From the IMG/VR virus record IMGVR_UViG_3300023174_000036, positions 62,001 through 126,000 of that record: 64,000 nucleotides of DNA. The stretch is one strand, 5' to 3'. Positions within the stretch are counted from its first letter, which is position 1, and the number at the start of each line of letters is the position of its first letter. The translations under genes and the position numbers were made by a program. The notes beneath the pieces were generated by a model, which did no database searches, was not told the origin of the DNA, and saw nothing but the letters and a program-made list of their open reading frames with translations. Of this stretch, positions 1 through 10,552 are shown in pieces.

Positions 1-3000
1 TTGTTGCGGTTGGCACAATTACGTTACCTTGCACAACACCAGTACCACTGCTGAGTGTGATTAAATTACCACTGCTGGCAGTCTGTTGAATACTTGGAGT
101 ACGTGCGGCAGATCCTCCACCAAATGTTATATTTTGTCCCACTGTTAATCCAGCGGAACTTGCCACGTTAATGGTGTTATTCGTACCAGTCATTGCGGTT
201 GCCGCAACTGCCAATGCTGTATTGGTTTGATAATTTACACCACTGATTGCAAGGGTACCTGTTGGTGCAAAACTGGTGCTGACTGTGTAAGTACCTGCTC
301 CTCCCGACCCACCCACAAACGCTGTGATATAACCTGTCAAACTGTTACCGTAAATGGTGTTGGTTTGTGTGATATTGTGACTTATACTCAAAGTATAACT
401 TAAACCGCTGAATGAAGTTCCGCCAGCAATGGCTGCGGTTGTTGCTGGAGTAATATAGTAAGTGCCTGCGGCACCTGGTGCATAGAAGTTGTATGTTCCA
501 GAACCGTCAGCAATAAAGTTGTTTGACAATGTGATAGTTGTGCTGGCTATGCTAGTCACATAGGTGTTTGTTGGAATACCAGTTCCTGTAACTAACTGTC
601 CGTTGGCAATACTTGCGGCACTGCTCACAACAAACTGATTAAATCCAGCTACCCCAAAACCAGCTGTTGCAGTCAATGTTGGACTAGCAACTGCGGCCAC
701 ACTGCTGGTTACTTGTGCAGTTACAAATGCTGCCGAGCTGGTGATAGTTCCGCCAGTTCCAAGATCGTTTGTTAATGCACTGTAGAAACGTACAAAAGTT
801 GCGGTACATGCTGAAACAACCCATGATGTGTTATATGCACTAACACTTGTACCTGTAATGTCAATACGTTGTCCAACAGCAAATGCCGCTGATCCAGTTG
901 AAGCATAGTTTACCCTAACTTCAAGTCCGTCTGTTACAATGCTGGTGATGTTGAGAAACTGTGCTTGAGGAATTGTCGCAGGGCCACTTAGCACTGCGCC
1001 TGGAACAACAGACCCAACACCCACTGCACTCACAGTCATAACTACTGGAGTTGCAACTATGCTTGAAGTACTTGCAAGTGTTTGTGGAATATTCACAGTC
1101 CATGTGCTTGATGCACTTGTGCTGGTGCCTGTTAAGTTTCCAGTGATATAGTTCCCGCCAAGTACATTGTTTCTAGTAGGATCAAGTGTGCTGATGCTCA
1201 ATACCATACCAATGTTTAGGCCAGCACCGCTTGGTGCTGATGTCACAGTCAATATGTTACCACTGATACTGCCTGTAAATGTAACATCAGTACCTTTGGC
1301 CACACCAGCGAACCAGCTGGCAGTTGCTGCCGCTGTGATAGTTGTGCCAGTTGCAACGTTAGGGCCAGCAATAAACATACCGCTTGTTGGAGTTCCTGTT
1401 GTTGCACCTGGAATCGATAATGCTGTTCCAATAATTTGTTGGAAGTTTGATGTATAACTGTTGCCACTTAGAGCTTGTCCAAGTGCCACAGTACCAGTTA
1501 CTGTTCCGCCAACTGTTAATGTTGTTCCTGATACACTGCTTGCAGATGATGTAAATGCAGTAGTTCCAGTAATAAAAGTAGGAGTGCTTTGAACAAATCC
1601 AAATGTAGTAACTGTGGTTGTTAAACTGCTGGTAAATTGTATCTGACTTGTTGTTGGCGTACCAGTAACCGTCCATGATCCGTTGTAACCAGTAGGAATA
1701 GCACCTACAATTCTAACAGTTTGTCCAGTAACAAACGGAATAGTCTTTTGTGTGGCATATGTCACTGTTACTGTAGTAGAATTTCCGCTCATTGCTGTGA
1801 TAACAATGTTTTGTGCAGTTGTGACACCTGTGCCAGACAGCACCATACCCACTGCAAGGCTTCCAGATTGAGCCATACCTGGACTTAAAATTCCGTTGGC
1901 ATCAATACGAGATGTACCGCTCAATAATGCCACTGCTCTGTTGGCATTTGTTGTTGTGGTTGTTACTGTGGCTACTGATGGTACTATACTTTGTCCTGTG
2001 GCAAGGCCAGCGGTACTACTCAAACTCACCAAATTGCTACCAGGAGTTGTACCAGTAAATGTTGGTGTTAGTTTGCCAGCTGTTGCCAAGAAAGTTCCTT
2101 GACCGTATTTGATGTTGCTCCACGCAGACACTTGCGGCAACACAGTTGCTGGTGTACTCCAAGTGATACCATCAAGAGAATAAGCTGTTGCTGTACTACC
2201 TTGTGCCACTGCTACAAATCGTCCGTTACCATATGTAATGCTGGTCCAGTATGCCAACGCTGGCAATGTACCTGCTGTCCATGACACACCATCAGCTGAA
2301 TATGCAGTAGTTTGTGAAGTACCAATGCTACCGCCAGCAATGGCCACAAACTTAGCAGGGCCGCTGCCGTATGCTACTGATACATAATTGGCAGAAACCA
2401 TACCGCCACCGTTTGTCCATCCTGTGCCAGTTGTGCTAAATGCACTCACAGTGCCATTTGATACAGCAACAAATCGTCCGTTACCAAATGCCACGCTGGT
2501 CCAGTTACCGGCTGGCAAACTGCTCATTGATAACCAAGAATCTCCACCAGTTGTAGTGTATGCAGAAACTGTACTACCAGCGCCACCTGCAACGGCCACA
2601 TGATAAGTTACTGTACTAATTGTTCCAGAAGCCAAACTTACCCAGTTTGTGCTGCCAGAAAGAGCACCTCCTGAAATCCAGTTAAATCCGTCAATAGATG
2701 TTGCTGACACAGTTGAACCGTTGGCAATTGCAACAAATCGACCATTACCAGAAGCATACGATGTTGAAATCCACTTGACAGTGCTTGGTAAAGTTCTTGC
2801 TGTTGTCGCAAATGAGCCAGCTGTAAATTGTACTCTTGGTTCAATACTGTAAGTTGTTGTTGAATCTAAACCTGCCACAATCGCAGTTCCAGGAACAACA
2901 TGATCCCAGCCTGCGGCATGTATAATCATGGTACTGGCAGTTTGATTGCTCAAACCAGCACTAATTACTGGGCCACCACTTATAGAAGCAATACCAATGG

Positions 3001-6000
3001 TGTTGTTTACGGCATCTATATTAGCAACATAGTAAACAGTTGACAATGCAAATCCACCAATAGTTGTTCCAGTAAATGTGATTGGCATTCCAACATAGAA
3101 GGTCACAGTACTTGGAACAGTAATCAATGCGCCAGTTGCTGTTACTGCTGATGCTGTAACTGTGGCAAATGATTCTTTTGCAATAATACCAGTTTTTGTT
3201 CCTGCGCTATAAGAAGTAAAGTATGCAGTTTGTCCCACACCTACTCCACTGATGATGATAATTCTCATACCAAGATATGCGCCGCTGACTGCTGTATCTG
3301 CGGCCGCAATAGTGACGCCAGTCGCTGTTCCTGATTGAGCAACGTTAACGGAATTAACATATCCTGCACCACTGGTCAACATTCTATTTTCAAATACAGC
3401 GTTATCACGCACTTCGTCACCAATTGCATTGGCATTAATACCGCTTGGGCTATTAAATGTGTAAGCTGTTCCTGTATTGGCATATGAATTACCAGCATTG
3501 GTATATTCCAATCTAAGAATAGTGTTGCCGCTAGTAAATGTATTTCCAACAATGGCTTGTAGTGCTCTGTTGTTTACTGTGGCTGTGATAGGAGTTTCGT
3601 TAGAGTCAACACCTTCGGACACTGAACCAAATTTACCATATGAGTTGTTGCCGTTGGTAGCACGAATTTTGCCGCCGTTTTCTGCCAAATAACCAATATG
3701 GCAATAGTATGTAAACACTGATACCAACTCAGATTTTCCTAAGTTAGTAACCCAGTAACCAATACCGTCGCTGAGAATTTGTGTAAAGTCGTTAGCAACG
3801 ATGGATTTATTTCCGCCATTATGTAACGAACCATCAATTTTCATACCAACACAGCCAGTACCAAATGTACTGACGTTTTGTATGTAAGGGCTTCGACGGA
3901 AAATCCAAACGCTTGCATCATCAACGCCAGTTCCCGGATCTAAACTCACATAGGCACCTGCTGTTGGACGCTGAGTTCCGTAGGCATTTGCGGCACCAAG
4001 AGTTCCACTCAGTCCTTGCAATGTCACGTTGCGAATACCAGATCCGTTGCGCACATAGAACATGTTGCTGGCAGTGTATCCGCTGGCTGGTTGAATTACT
4101 GTGCTACGTAATTCATCTCCAATCAATGCAGTATTTTCTGGAACGCTGATTGGAAGAACTTCGCTGTATGTACCTGTCTTAATAAAGATAGATGTAAATG
4201 CACCAGTGGTTGGTGTTGGGATTCCAGCTGTGCTTTGTGCTGTCAATGCATTTGTTATAATAGCCATCAAATTAGTGATAGTAGCTGATGCATTGGCTTC
4301 AGCCGCAGATCCTGAACTTGAAAATGTAACTGCTGGAGTAAAACTGGTCAAAGTTTGATAATTGTTAGCTGGAGCAGTTCTTGTCACTGCATTGATCATC
4401 AAATCTCTTAATTTGTTCAAAGCCGCAATAATAAACGGCATTGCTGAAGCTGTTGAGGCATTGTAAAAAGTTGTTGGGCCACTGAAATATGATAACGCGG
4501 CAATGACAGTTTGTTGATTGCTGTTACGTGTCATGTCTTGACGAATAGCGTCAATAACAAATTGAGAATCTCTAAAAGATTTGGCCGCGTCAAATACTGA
4601 GCTTGGGCTGTAGGGTGAAATACTGTTGGCCTTGGCATACACTTGATACTGAGCCAACTCACGCGGTAACCAAGCAATGTTGTTTCCAATTAATGTATTG
4701 GCATTTGTGTATGCTGTACCAGTAGCCGCAACTTGGCAAGCATATTTGATTGTTAAGAATGGTTTATCCAATGTGCCGCCGTATCCAGCCGCATCGGTAC
4801 CTGTAGGAGCAACATAATAAACGTTGTTGATGTCTCCAAAAGTATCCCAAGTAAGATTACTGCCAGTTACACGTAATACTTGTCCGTCAGTGCCAATAGG
4901 TAATCTTGCAGGACCACTACCGCCATAGTATGTGATGTCGCCTTGTGTGGTCATTACCGCAGTTTCAACACCGCCAGTTAGTAAATTCCAGTAAGTTGAT
5001 GATACATCATTATCAGGACGATTACCAGTGGCCGCAGTATGTGGCAATATACAAACATATGAATTGTTGTTATACTTGATAGTGTCGCCTAAAATATAAC
5101 CTGTAGACGTAGTCCAAGAACCTAACCATTTAAAACCAGGGTTAAGTTGTTGCCAGAAACTTGTGTTGGCTGGTTTATTTCCTGCGCCTGCTGTGTGGTC
5201 AGCTGTGGCTAGGTAAGTGTAGCCGCCTGATCGTACAACGTTACCAACTTTATAGGCTGTTGATGTTGTCCAGTCACCGCTGAATAAAAATCCTGTGCTG
5301 AACAAAGACCAATATGCAGTTGCAGTTGATGGTGTTTGATTTGAGTGATTTTGAATAGCCGCGTATGTATAGCCGCCGTAAGTAACAATATCACCAGCTT
5401 GATATGCAGTTGAAGAACTCCATGTGTCTTCGAATTCTAAGCCTTCAACAAATTGGCTCCATTTAGTGTCGTCAAATGTTGAAGCAGATGTGTAATATGC
5501 TGTGCAAATCCAAAGACCAGCACCCCATTTCACAACATCGTTGTTTTTATATCTAGTTGAAGTTGCAAATGTGCCTTTGTAATCAAAACTTTGATTAAGT
5601 ACATCCCACTTGCTTTGATCATTTTCAAGACCTGATGCCAGTGTTCCTGCACTAGTGTGTCCTAATTTACATCTGTAAATTGTTGCTCCATATTTTACAA
5701 TGTCGCCAATTTTATATGCTGTGCTAATGGCCCATGCATCTTTCCAATCAAATGCAGATGCAAATGTATCCCATTTAGATGAATCTGCTTCAAGTGTAGA
5801 TTGACTTGTGTGACCAAGATTACAAACATACACGATTCCACCGTATTTTACAGTGTCACCAATTTTATAAACTGTTGTTCCGGCCCAAGTACCTAACCAT
5901 ACTTGACCGTCGGATGCTAAATTCCAATTTGTTGTTAAGTCTGTATAAAAGTTAGAAGTAGAAGTATGTCCTAAAATACAAACATACGTTTTTCCGCCGT

Positions 6001-6091
6001 AGCGGACCACATCGTCTTTGATATAGGTGGTTGAGCCAGCCCAAGTATTTTTCCATACAAATCTGATTCTACCTAATTTAAATTCTGCCAT
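1..6091 (-). CDS. Large fibre/appendage-like virion protein (>2030 aa, C-terminus runs off the window start); paralog of 6137..9823
   Basis: Absent from the ORF track, consistent with no stop codon inside the window. ATG at 6091 follows a GGAG SD and reads MAEFKLGRIRFVWKNTWAGSTTYIKDDVVRYGGKTYVC. The same frame reads as sensible T/S/G/V-rich sequence at position 2 (ITLSSGTGVVQGNVIVPTAT). It has W..Y..GD.V.Y.G repeats and shares a central block with the 1228-aa neighbour. Confidence 0.85.
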   Translation of the reverse strand, partial: MAEFKLGRIRFVWKNTWAGSTTYIKDDVVRYGGKTYVCILGHTSTSNFYTDLTTNWNLASDGQVWLGTWAGTTVYKIGDTVKYGGIVYVCNLGHTSQSTLEADSSKWDTFASAFDWKDAWAISTAYKIGDIVKYGATIYRCKLGHTSAGTLASGLENDQSKWDVLNQSFDYKGTFATSTRYKNNDVVKWGAGLWICTAYYTSASTFDDTKWSQFVEGLEFEDTWSSSTAYQAGDIVTYGGYTYAAIQNHSNQTPSTATAYWSLFSTGFLFSGDWTTSTAYKVGNVVRSGGYTYLATADHTAGAGNKPANTSFWQQLNPGFKWLGSWTTSTGYILGDTIKYNNNSYVCILPHTAATGNRPDNDVSSTYWNLLTGGVETAVMTTQGDITYYGGSGPARLPIGTDGQVLRVTGSNLTWDTFGDINNVYYVAPTGTDAAGYGGTLDKPFLTIKYACQVAATGTAYTNANTLIGNNIAWLPRELAQYQVYAKANSISPYSPSSVFDAAKSFRDSQFVIDAIRQDMTRNSNQQTVIAALSYFSGPTTFYNASTASAMPFIIAALNKLRDLMINAVTRTAPANNYQTLTSFTPAVTFSSSGSAAEANASATITNLMAIITNALTAQSTAGIPTPTTGAFTSIFIKTGTYSEVLPISVPENTALIGDELRSTVIQPASGYTASNMFYVRNGSGIRNVTLQGLSGTLGAANAYGTQRPTAGAYVSLDPGTGVDDASVWIFRRSPYIQNVSTFGTGCVGMKIDGSLHNGGNKSIVANDFTQILSDGIGYWVTNLGKSELVSVFTYYCHIGYLAENGGKIRATNGNNSYGKFGSVSEGVDSNETPITATVNNRALQAIVGNTFTSGNTILRLEYTNAGNSYANTGTAYTFNSPSGINANAIGDEVRDNAVFENRMLTSGAGYVNSVNVAQSGTATGVTIAAADTAVSGAYLGMRIIIISGVGVGQTAYFTSYSAGTKTGIIAKESFATVTASAVTATGALITVPSTVTFYVGMPITFTGTTIGGFALSTVYYVANIDAVNNTIGIASISGGPVISAGLSNQTASTMIIHAAGWDHVVPGTAIVAGLDSTTTYSIEPRVQFTAGSFATTARTLPSTVKWISTSYASGNGRFVAIANGSTVSATSIDGFNWISGGALSGSTNWVSLASGTISTVTYHVAVAGGAGSTVSAYTTTGGDSWLSMSSLPAGNWTSVAFGNGRFVAVSNGTVSAFSTTGTGWTNGGGMVSANYVSVAYGSGPAKFVAIAGGSIGTSQTTAYSADGVSWTAGTLPALAYWTSITYGNGRFVAVAQGSTATAYSLDGITWSTPATVLPQVSAWSNIKYGQGTFLATAGKLTPTFTGTTPGSNLVSLSSTAGLATGQSIVPSVATVTTTTTNANRAVALLSGTSRIDANGILSPGMAQSGSLAVGMVLSGTGVTTAQNIVITAMSGNSTTVTVTYATQKTIPFVTGQTVRIVGAIPTGYNGSWTVTGTPTTSQIQFTSSLTTTVTTFGFVQSTPTFITGTTAFTSSASSVSGTTLTVGGTVTGTVALGQALSGNSYTSNFQQIIGTALSIPGATTGTPTSGMFIAGPNVATGTTITAAATASWFAGVAKGTDVTFTGSISGNILTVTSAPSGAGLNIGMVLSISTLDPTRNNVLGGNYITGNLTGTSTSASSTWTVNIPQTLASTSSIVATPVVMTVSAVGVGSVVPGAVLSGPATIPQAQFLNITSIVTDGLEVRVNYASTGSAAFAVGQRIDITGTSVSAYNTSWVVSACTATFVRFYSALTNDLGTGGTITSSAAFVTAQVTSSVAAVASPTLTATAGFGVAGFNQFVVSSAASIANGQLVTGTGIPTNTYVTSIASTTITLSNNFIADGSGTYNFYAPGAAGTYYITPATTAAIAGGTSFSGLSYTLSISHNITQTNTIYGNSLTGYITAFVGGSGGAGTYTVSTSFAPTGTLAISGVNYQTNTALAVAATAMTGTNNTINVASSAGLTVGQNITFGGGSAARTPSIQQTASSGNLITLSSGTGVVQGNVIVPTAT
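4002..4120. repeat. 119-bp exact direct repeat, copy 1 (copy 2 at 8163-8281)
   Basis: GTTCCACTCAGTCCTTGCAATG...CGTAATTCATCTCC is identical at both sites; the offset of 4161 bp keeps it in frame. Confidence 0.95.
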
Positions 6092-6118
6092 TTTCTACTC
6101 CAAATTTAACGTTATAAT

Positions 6119-6126
6119 TATTTATC
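6119..6126 (-). promoter_or_regulatory. T4-type late promoter core (GATAAATA)
   Basis: Matches the TATAAATA-like gp55 consensus; lies 28 nt upstream of the ATG at 6091. Confidence 0.6.
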
Positions 6127-6136
6127 ATTATCCATG

Positions 6137-9100
6137 TTAGCGCATCTGCGCTATAAAATACGAGCTTGCCAACATACTGCCATCTACTCCGCCTGTAAAA
6201 TTAACTCTAGCGGCAAAGTTGATTGATTTTGCAGGATCAGTATTTGTTATGTTACTTGAAACTGCGGCTCCAATTGTAGTTTGATTAAATGAAATTTGTC
6301 CGCTCACCACAGTGTTGGCATTGAGACTTGCACCACCACCACCAATTCTTGATGAAATGTAATTTTTTAATGCTCGTTGTGTGACAATCACATTGTCTGA
6401 ATTCAACGGTAGTGTTGAATCTGTTGAGATTTCAGTAATGGTTGCACTGGTTCCTCCCAACACAATACCGCCCAGTGTAAGTTGTGTGAGTCCATTTAGA
6501 TCAAAGAAGCTGGCGTTCAGTGTGGCAATACCGCTGGCTTGTTCTACTTTAAACAAGTTACCTACTCTATAGTTACCGTCTTGGTCTGTTGCTGTATAGA
6601 AACATCTGCCGCCACCATTTTCTACTGCAAGATTTCCAGTGCGCACTGTGGTAGTATCCACATAAGGATAGTTGGTAGTTGAAAAATTACCAGTTCCTAT
6701 TTCTAACCAGTCGTGACCTGTTAATCTGTTCTGACTATAGTCAGATCTAATTTGAATACTAGTTCCGTGTGCTGGTGCATCTTTCAGTTCAAGTGTTGGG
6801 TTCAGTTGCAATCTGCAACTGTACGGACCTGATCCACTAATTTGGCTCACCGTGACCAATCGATACACTGTTGGCACTCCAACTATTATTATGTTTGCTC
6901 CCGGTGTAGGTACCACTGAGATACCAGAAACATACAAATATGCACCAAATTGGAAACTGTCTGCATATCCTACCCCTGACACAGTTGCAGTTGCTGTCAA
7001 ATATGCTGTTCCACGGTTACTGAATGTGGGTTGTCCCAATACACCATTTCCAACTCGAACAGTATACGTTGCGGCAGATTGTCCTGGTGATATCAATGTC
7101 ACTGTTGGAGGTGTGCCTGAATTATAACCTGATCCAGGATTGATAATTCTAAATCCGCCAATTCGGCCGCCAGATACAGTTACCCTTGCAATGGCTTGAG
7201 TACCACTGGTTGGTGCGGCAATAACTACTCTAGGTTCAATGTTGTATTGACTTGTGGTGTCTAAAACAGACAGTGCGCTGCCTGGTAGGAAATGATCCCA
7301 CCCTTGCGTACCATCAGTTTCTTTGTATATTGTAGCAACTTTGGTAGTTGCATTGTAATCCTGTATGTATCCGTATTGTCCAGCACCTTTACCTGAAATA
7401 ACAACAACTCTCATGCCAAGATAATTTGCTCGAACATTGCCGTCGCCGGCTGCTATGGTAATTGTTCCAGTTGTAGATCCAGCTTGTGCATAACTTTGCG
7501 AAAATATAAACCCGCTGCCGCCAGCACTGTCGCCGTTGAGTGGGTCTCGCAAGCGAATTTCAAAAATTCCACCATCAGTAACTGTGGCCGCAGAAACAAC
7601 TGCTCCTGATCCTGAACCACCAAACGTGTATGCGGCCGCTGAGTCATAGTTTTGTCCTGCATTGGTATATTCTAAAGCAATTATTTGTGAGCCGTTTGTA
7701 AACGCATATCCTATTGATGCTTGCTGGCTGCGATTATTAACTGTGCCAGTAATAGGCACTTCATCTGTATTTGACCCTTCACTAACTGCACCATAGTCTC
7801 CATATGAGTTATTGCCGTTGGTTGCACGAATCTTTCCACCATTTTCTGCCAAATAACCAATGTGACAGTAGTAGGTAAAACAAGAAACCAATTCTGATTT
7901 GCCTCGATTGGTAATCCAATAGCCAATACCATCACTGATAATCATTGTGAAATCATTGGCCACAATGGATTTATTTCCTCCACCATGCACTGCACCGTCT
8001 ACTTTTAATCCAGTACATCCGCTACCAATAGCAGTGACGTTTTGTATATAAGGAGATTTGGTTGTAATTCTAGCTTCGGTAATAGCAATACCAGTTGGAT
8101 CCAAACTTATAAATGCACCTGCGGTTGGGCGTTTTGTCAAGAACGAATTAAATGGTCCTAACGTTCCACTCAGTCCTTGCAATGTCACGTTGCGAATACC
8201 AGATCCGTTGCGCACATAGAACATGTTGCTGGCAGTGTATCCGCTGGCTGGTTGAATTACTGTGCTACGTAATTCATCTCCCACCAATGCCACATCCGCA
8301 GGAATTGTGATTGGCAATATTTCACTGTAAATGCCCGTTTTAATAAAAATTGTTGCGGGCCCAGTAACGTGTTCACATGCATATTTGACTGTTTGGAATG
8401 GCTTGTCTAAGGATACACCGTAACCCAATAATTCATTGTCCGTACCTGTGGGTGCAACATAATAAACTTTTGGAATAACGCCCCATGATTTATATGACAA
8501 TGCTCCGCTGGTGCCTACACGTAATAGCTGTCCGTCGGTACCTACTGGTAACCGCTTTTTAACTCCAGCATCGTACCAAGCGATGTCACCTTGATTGGCC
8601 AGCACGTTGGTAGTTGTGCCTTCAATGTATATTTTCCAGTATGTGCCAGACCCTGCAACATCAGTTACTGGTGCTCGTGGTGTTGATGCAATATGCGCCA
8701 ATTTGCATTCGTATGTTGTAGAACCCTGAGTTGCAAGATCACCCAGTTTAAATTCCACTGGAACAGTTAATCCAATCGTGACTGGATCAGGGTCTGTTAA
8801 TCTCCATAGTCCTCTCCAAGCGTTACCTTGATTTAATACTTTCCAATAGGTTGCATTAGGAGGTTCTATACCTGTATTATCTAGTATTGCCAAATACAAG
8901 TATCCGTTTAATCTAACGACATCCCCAACTCTATAATCCAAAGGACCTACTGGATCCACTGTAGTTGCTGACCATGCTCCTCGAAATTCATAGTTTTCAG
9001 TTACTAATCCCCAATAAGCATTGGCTGTTGCTTGAGGTTGCTGACCAATATTAGTTTGCAATGCTCGATACACATAACCACCATAACCAACAATATCACC

Positions 9101-9823
9101 TTTTTGATAAGACTGCGATGAAGACCAAGGTAATGACTCCCATTGTAGGCCGTCTAGATAGACATCCCAATTAGACACAGTAAATACACTTAACAAAGAA
9201 GTGTGGCTGGTATTGCACTTCCACAACGTTCCGCCATATTTTACTACATCTCCAACCTTGTATCGAGTACTGCCAGTCCAATTGGATTTGTACTCAACCT
9301 GCTGAATAACCAATTCCCATTTGCTAAGATCAGTCTCTAAACCATCTTCCGGTATTGCGGCACTGGTGTGAGCAGTTACACAACGATAAACTTGTGCTCC
9401 GTATTTTACAATGTCATTGACTTTGTATTGTGTTGAGGTAGTCCATGCATTTTTCCAATCTTCAGTTTTGGCCAAAGTAGTCCAAGCGCCTTGATTAGCT
9501 TCCAATCCCAATACAGTTGTTGCCGCGCTGGTGTGACTTGTAAGTGCTCTATAGGCAATTCCACCGTATCTTACTATGTCTCCTGGGTTGTATAAAGTAG
9601 CAGTTGACCATGCTCCTCTCCAAGAGCCACCGTCAAACATCAATACCCAGCGAGGAGTAGCTGCCGTTAAATCAGCAAGAAATGTTGTTGATGCAGTGTG
9701 CGTTACAAAACAAACATAAGATTTTCCGCCGTAATAAACAATGTCGTCTCTTACATATTGTGTAGTTCCGCTCCATGTACCTTTCCAGGTATATCTAATT
9801 TTTGCTATTTTAAAATCGGCCAT
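6137..9823 (-). CDS. Fibre/appendage-like virion protein with carbohydrate-binding-module-like W/Y repeats and a probable beta-helix (pectin-lyase-like) region
   Basis: 1228 aa. Several W-x5-Y-x2-[GN]D[IV]V-x-YGG repeats in the N-terminal third, then a VYYVAPTGTD...KPFQTVKYA...IFIKTGIYSE...GDELRST motif typical of beta-helix starts, and G-x-G-Y-x-x-x-P repeats. Confidence 0.75.
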   Translation of the reverse strand: MADFKIAKIRYTWKGTWSGTTQYVRDDIVYYGGKSYVCFVTHTASTTFLADLTAATPRWVLMFDGGSWRGAWSTATLYNPGDIVRYGGIAYRALTSHTSAATTVLGLEANQGAWTTLAKTEDWKNAWTTSTQYKVNDIVKYGAQVYRCVTAHTSAAIPEDGLETDLSKWELVIQQVEYKSNWTGSTRYKVGDVVKYGGTLWKCNTSHTSLLSVFTVSNWDVYLDGLQWESLPWSSSQSYQKGDIVGYGGYVYRALQTNIGQQPQATANAYWGLVTENYEFRGAWSATTVDPVGPLDYRVGDVVRLNGYLYLAILDNTGIEPPNATYWKVLNQGNAWRGLWRLTDPDPVTIGLTVPVEFKLGDLATQGSTTYECKLAHIASTPRAPVTDVAGSGTYWKIYIEGTTTNVLANQGDIAWYDAGVKKRLPVGTDGQLLRVGTSGALSYKSWGVIPKVYYVAPTGTDNELLGYGVSLDKPFQTVKYACEHVTGPATIFIKTGIYSEILPITIPADVALVGDELRSTVIQPASGYTASNMFYVRNGSGIRNVTLQGLSGTLGPFNSFLTKRPTAGAFISLDPTGIAITEARITTKSPYIQNVTAIGSGCTGLKVDGAVHGGGNKSIVANDFTMIISDGIGYWITNRGKSELVSCFTYYCHIGYLAENGGKIRATNGNNSYGDYGAVSEGSNTDEVPITGTVNNRSQQASIGYAFTNGSQIIALEYTNAGQNYDSAAAYTFGGSGSGAVVSAATVTDGGIFEIRLRDPLNGDSAGGSGFIFSQSYAQAGSTTGTITIAAGDGNVRANYLGMRVVVISGKGAGQYGYIQDYNATTKVATIYKETDGTQGWDHFLPGSALSVLDTTSQYNIEPRVVIAAPTSGTQAIARVTVSGGRIGGFRIINPGSGYNSGTPPTVTLISPGQSAATYTVRVGNGVLGQPTFSNRGTAYLTATATVSGVGYADSFQFGAYLYVSGISVVPTPGANIIIVGVPTVYRLVTVSQISGSGPYSCRLQLNPTLELKDAPAHGTSIQIRSDYSQNRLTGHDWLEIGTGNFSTTNYPYVDTTTVRTGNLAVENGGGRCFYTATDQDGNYRVGNLFKVEQASGIATLNASFFDLNGLTQLTLGGIVLGGTSATITEISTDSTLPLNSDNVIVTQRALKNYISSRIGGGGASLNANTVVSGQISFNQTTIGAAVSSNITNTDPAKSINFAARVNFTGGVDGSMLASSYFIAQMR
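8163..8281. repeat. 119-bp exact direct repeat, copy 2
   Basis: Identical to 4002-4120. Confidence 0.95.
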
Positions 9824-9837
9824 AGTTCTCTCTTAAA

Positions 9838-10209
9838 TTATGTTGATGATATTCCGCTAGGATATGTGTATTTTGTATTTATTCGGGCTACTAATTGGCC
9901 ACTTACCGGATCAACATAATAGTATACATTTCGTTCGTCCCAACGATATTGTTCATACAACAAGTTTTCATATACAATATTATGAAACACATCTCTGCCT
10001 TCAAAGAAATCCGTTCCAATTTCAAAACCTTCGTAGTTATTATCAATGTCACCCGGATTGTTGATTGAAATAGAATCTGATCGACTCAACTGGTTAACAC
10101 GAGTAAGTGTAATTTCGCCGTCATCATTTCTTTTAATACCGTAGAAGTAGGTTGGTTGATCGCCTATTTGTTCTTCTTTTGATCTTCCAAATGAATAATT
10201 TCCTGACAT
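9838..10209 (-). CDS. Hypothetical protein (123 aa), probably virion-associated
   Basis: ORF with AGGAG SD, packed within the structural operon. Confidence 0.75.
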   Translation of the reverse strand: MSGNYSFGRSKEEQIGDQPTYFYGIKRNDDGEITLTRVNQLSRSDSISINNPGDIDNNYEGFEIGTDFFEGRDVFHNIVYENLLYEQYRWDERNVYYYVDPVSGQLVARINTKYTYPSGISST

Positions 10210-10219
10210 AATAATCTCC

Positions 10220-10549
10220 TTATGCTATCTCAGCATAGCTGGCAACTGCGTCAATACTGCTGGCAGTATCACTAGTTATGGTTAGTTTACAACTGTTTGC
10301 TAATACAATTTTTTCACCGTTAGTGACTACCTTTGCACTAGTATACGGCGGAATAATTAGTTGTTTGATATAAAATGCAGTCCTAGGCACAGCATCCGTA
10401 ACGGTAATATCAACAATAACATCATAGTCTGTGGTGTTGGCCAAGTTCAAACCCATAATAGTATAAATGTTTGACGGACTTGTTGTTAAAATGTCAACCG
10501 GAGTTGTTCCTATGTTTGTTTGCGCTGTAGTTCTAAAATATGTAGTCAT
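10220..10549 (-). CDS. Small beta-rich virion protein (109 aa), similar to 15274..15618
   Basis: Shares an IP...EK[IL]VLAN motif with the 114-aa ORF; operon context. Confidence 0.75.
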   Translation of the reverse strand: MTTYFRTTAQTNIGTTPVDILTTSPSNIYTIMGLNLANTTDYDVIVDITVTDAVPRTAFYIKQLIIPPYTSAKVVTNGEKIVLANSCKLTITSDTASSIDAVASYAEIA

Positions 10550-10552
10550 GTT

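Noticed and set aside
921-5394. Short ORFs listed in the track within 1-6091
   Set aside because: They are antisense or off-frame shadows of the single long minus-strand gene starting at 6091.
4002-8281. The 119-bp repeat pair as a diversity-generating retroelement TR/VR
   Set aside because: The copies are identical with no adenine-specific mismatches, both are internal to coding regions, and no reverse transcriptase is present in the window.
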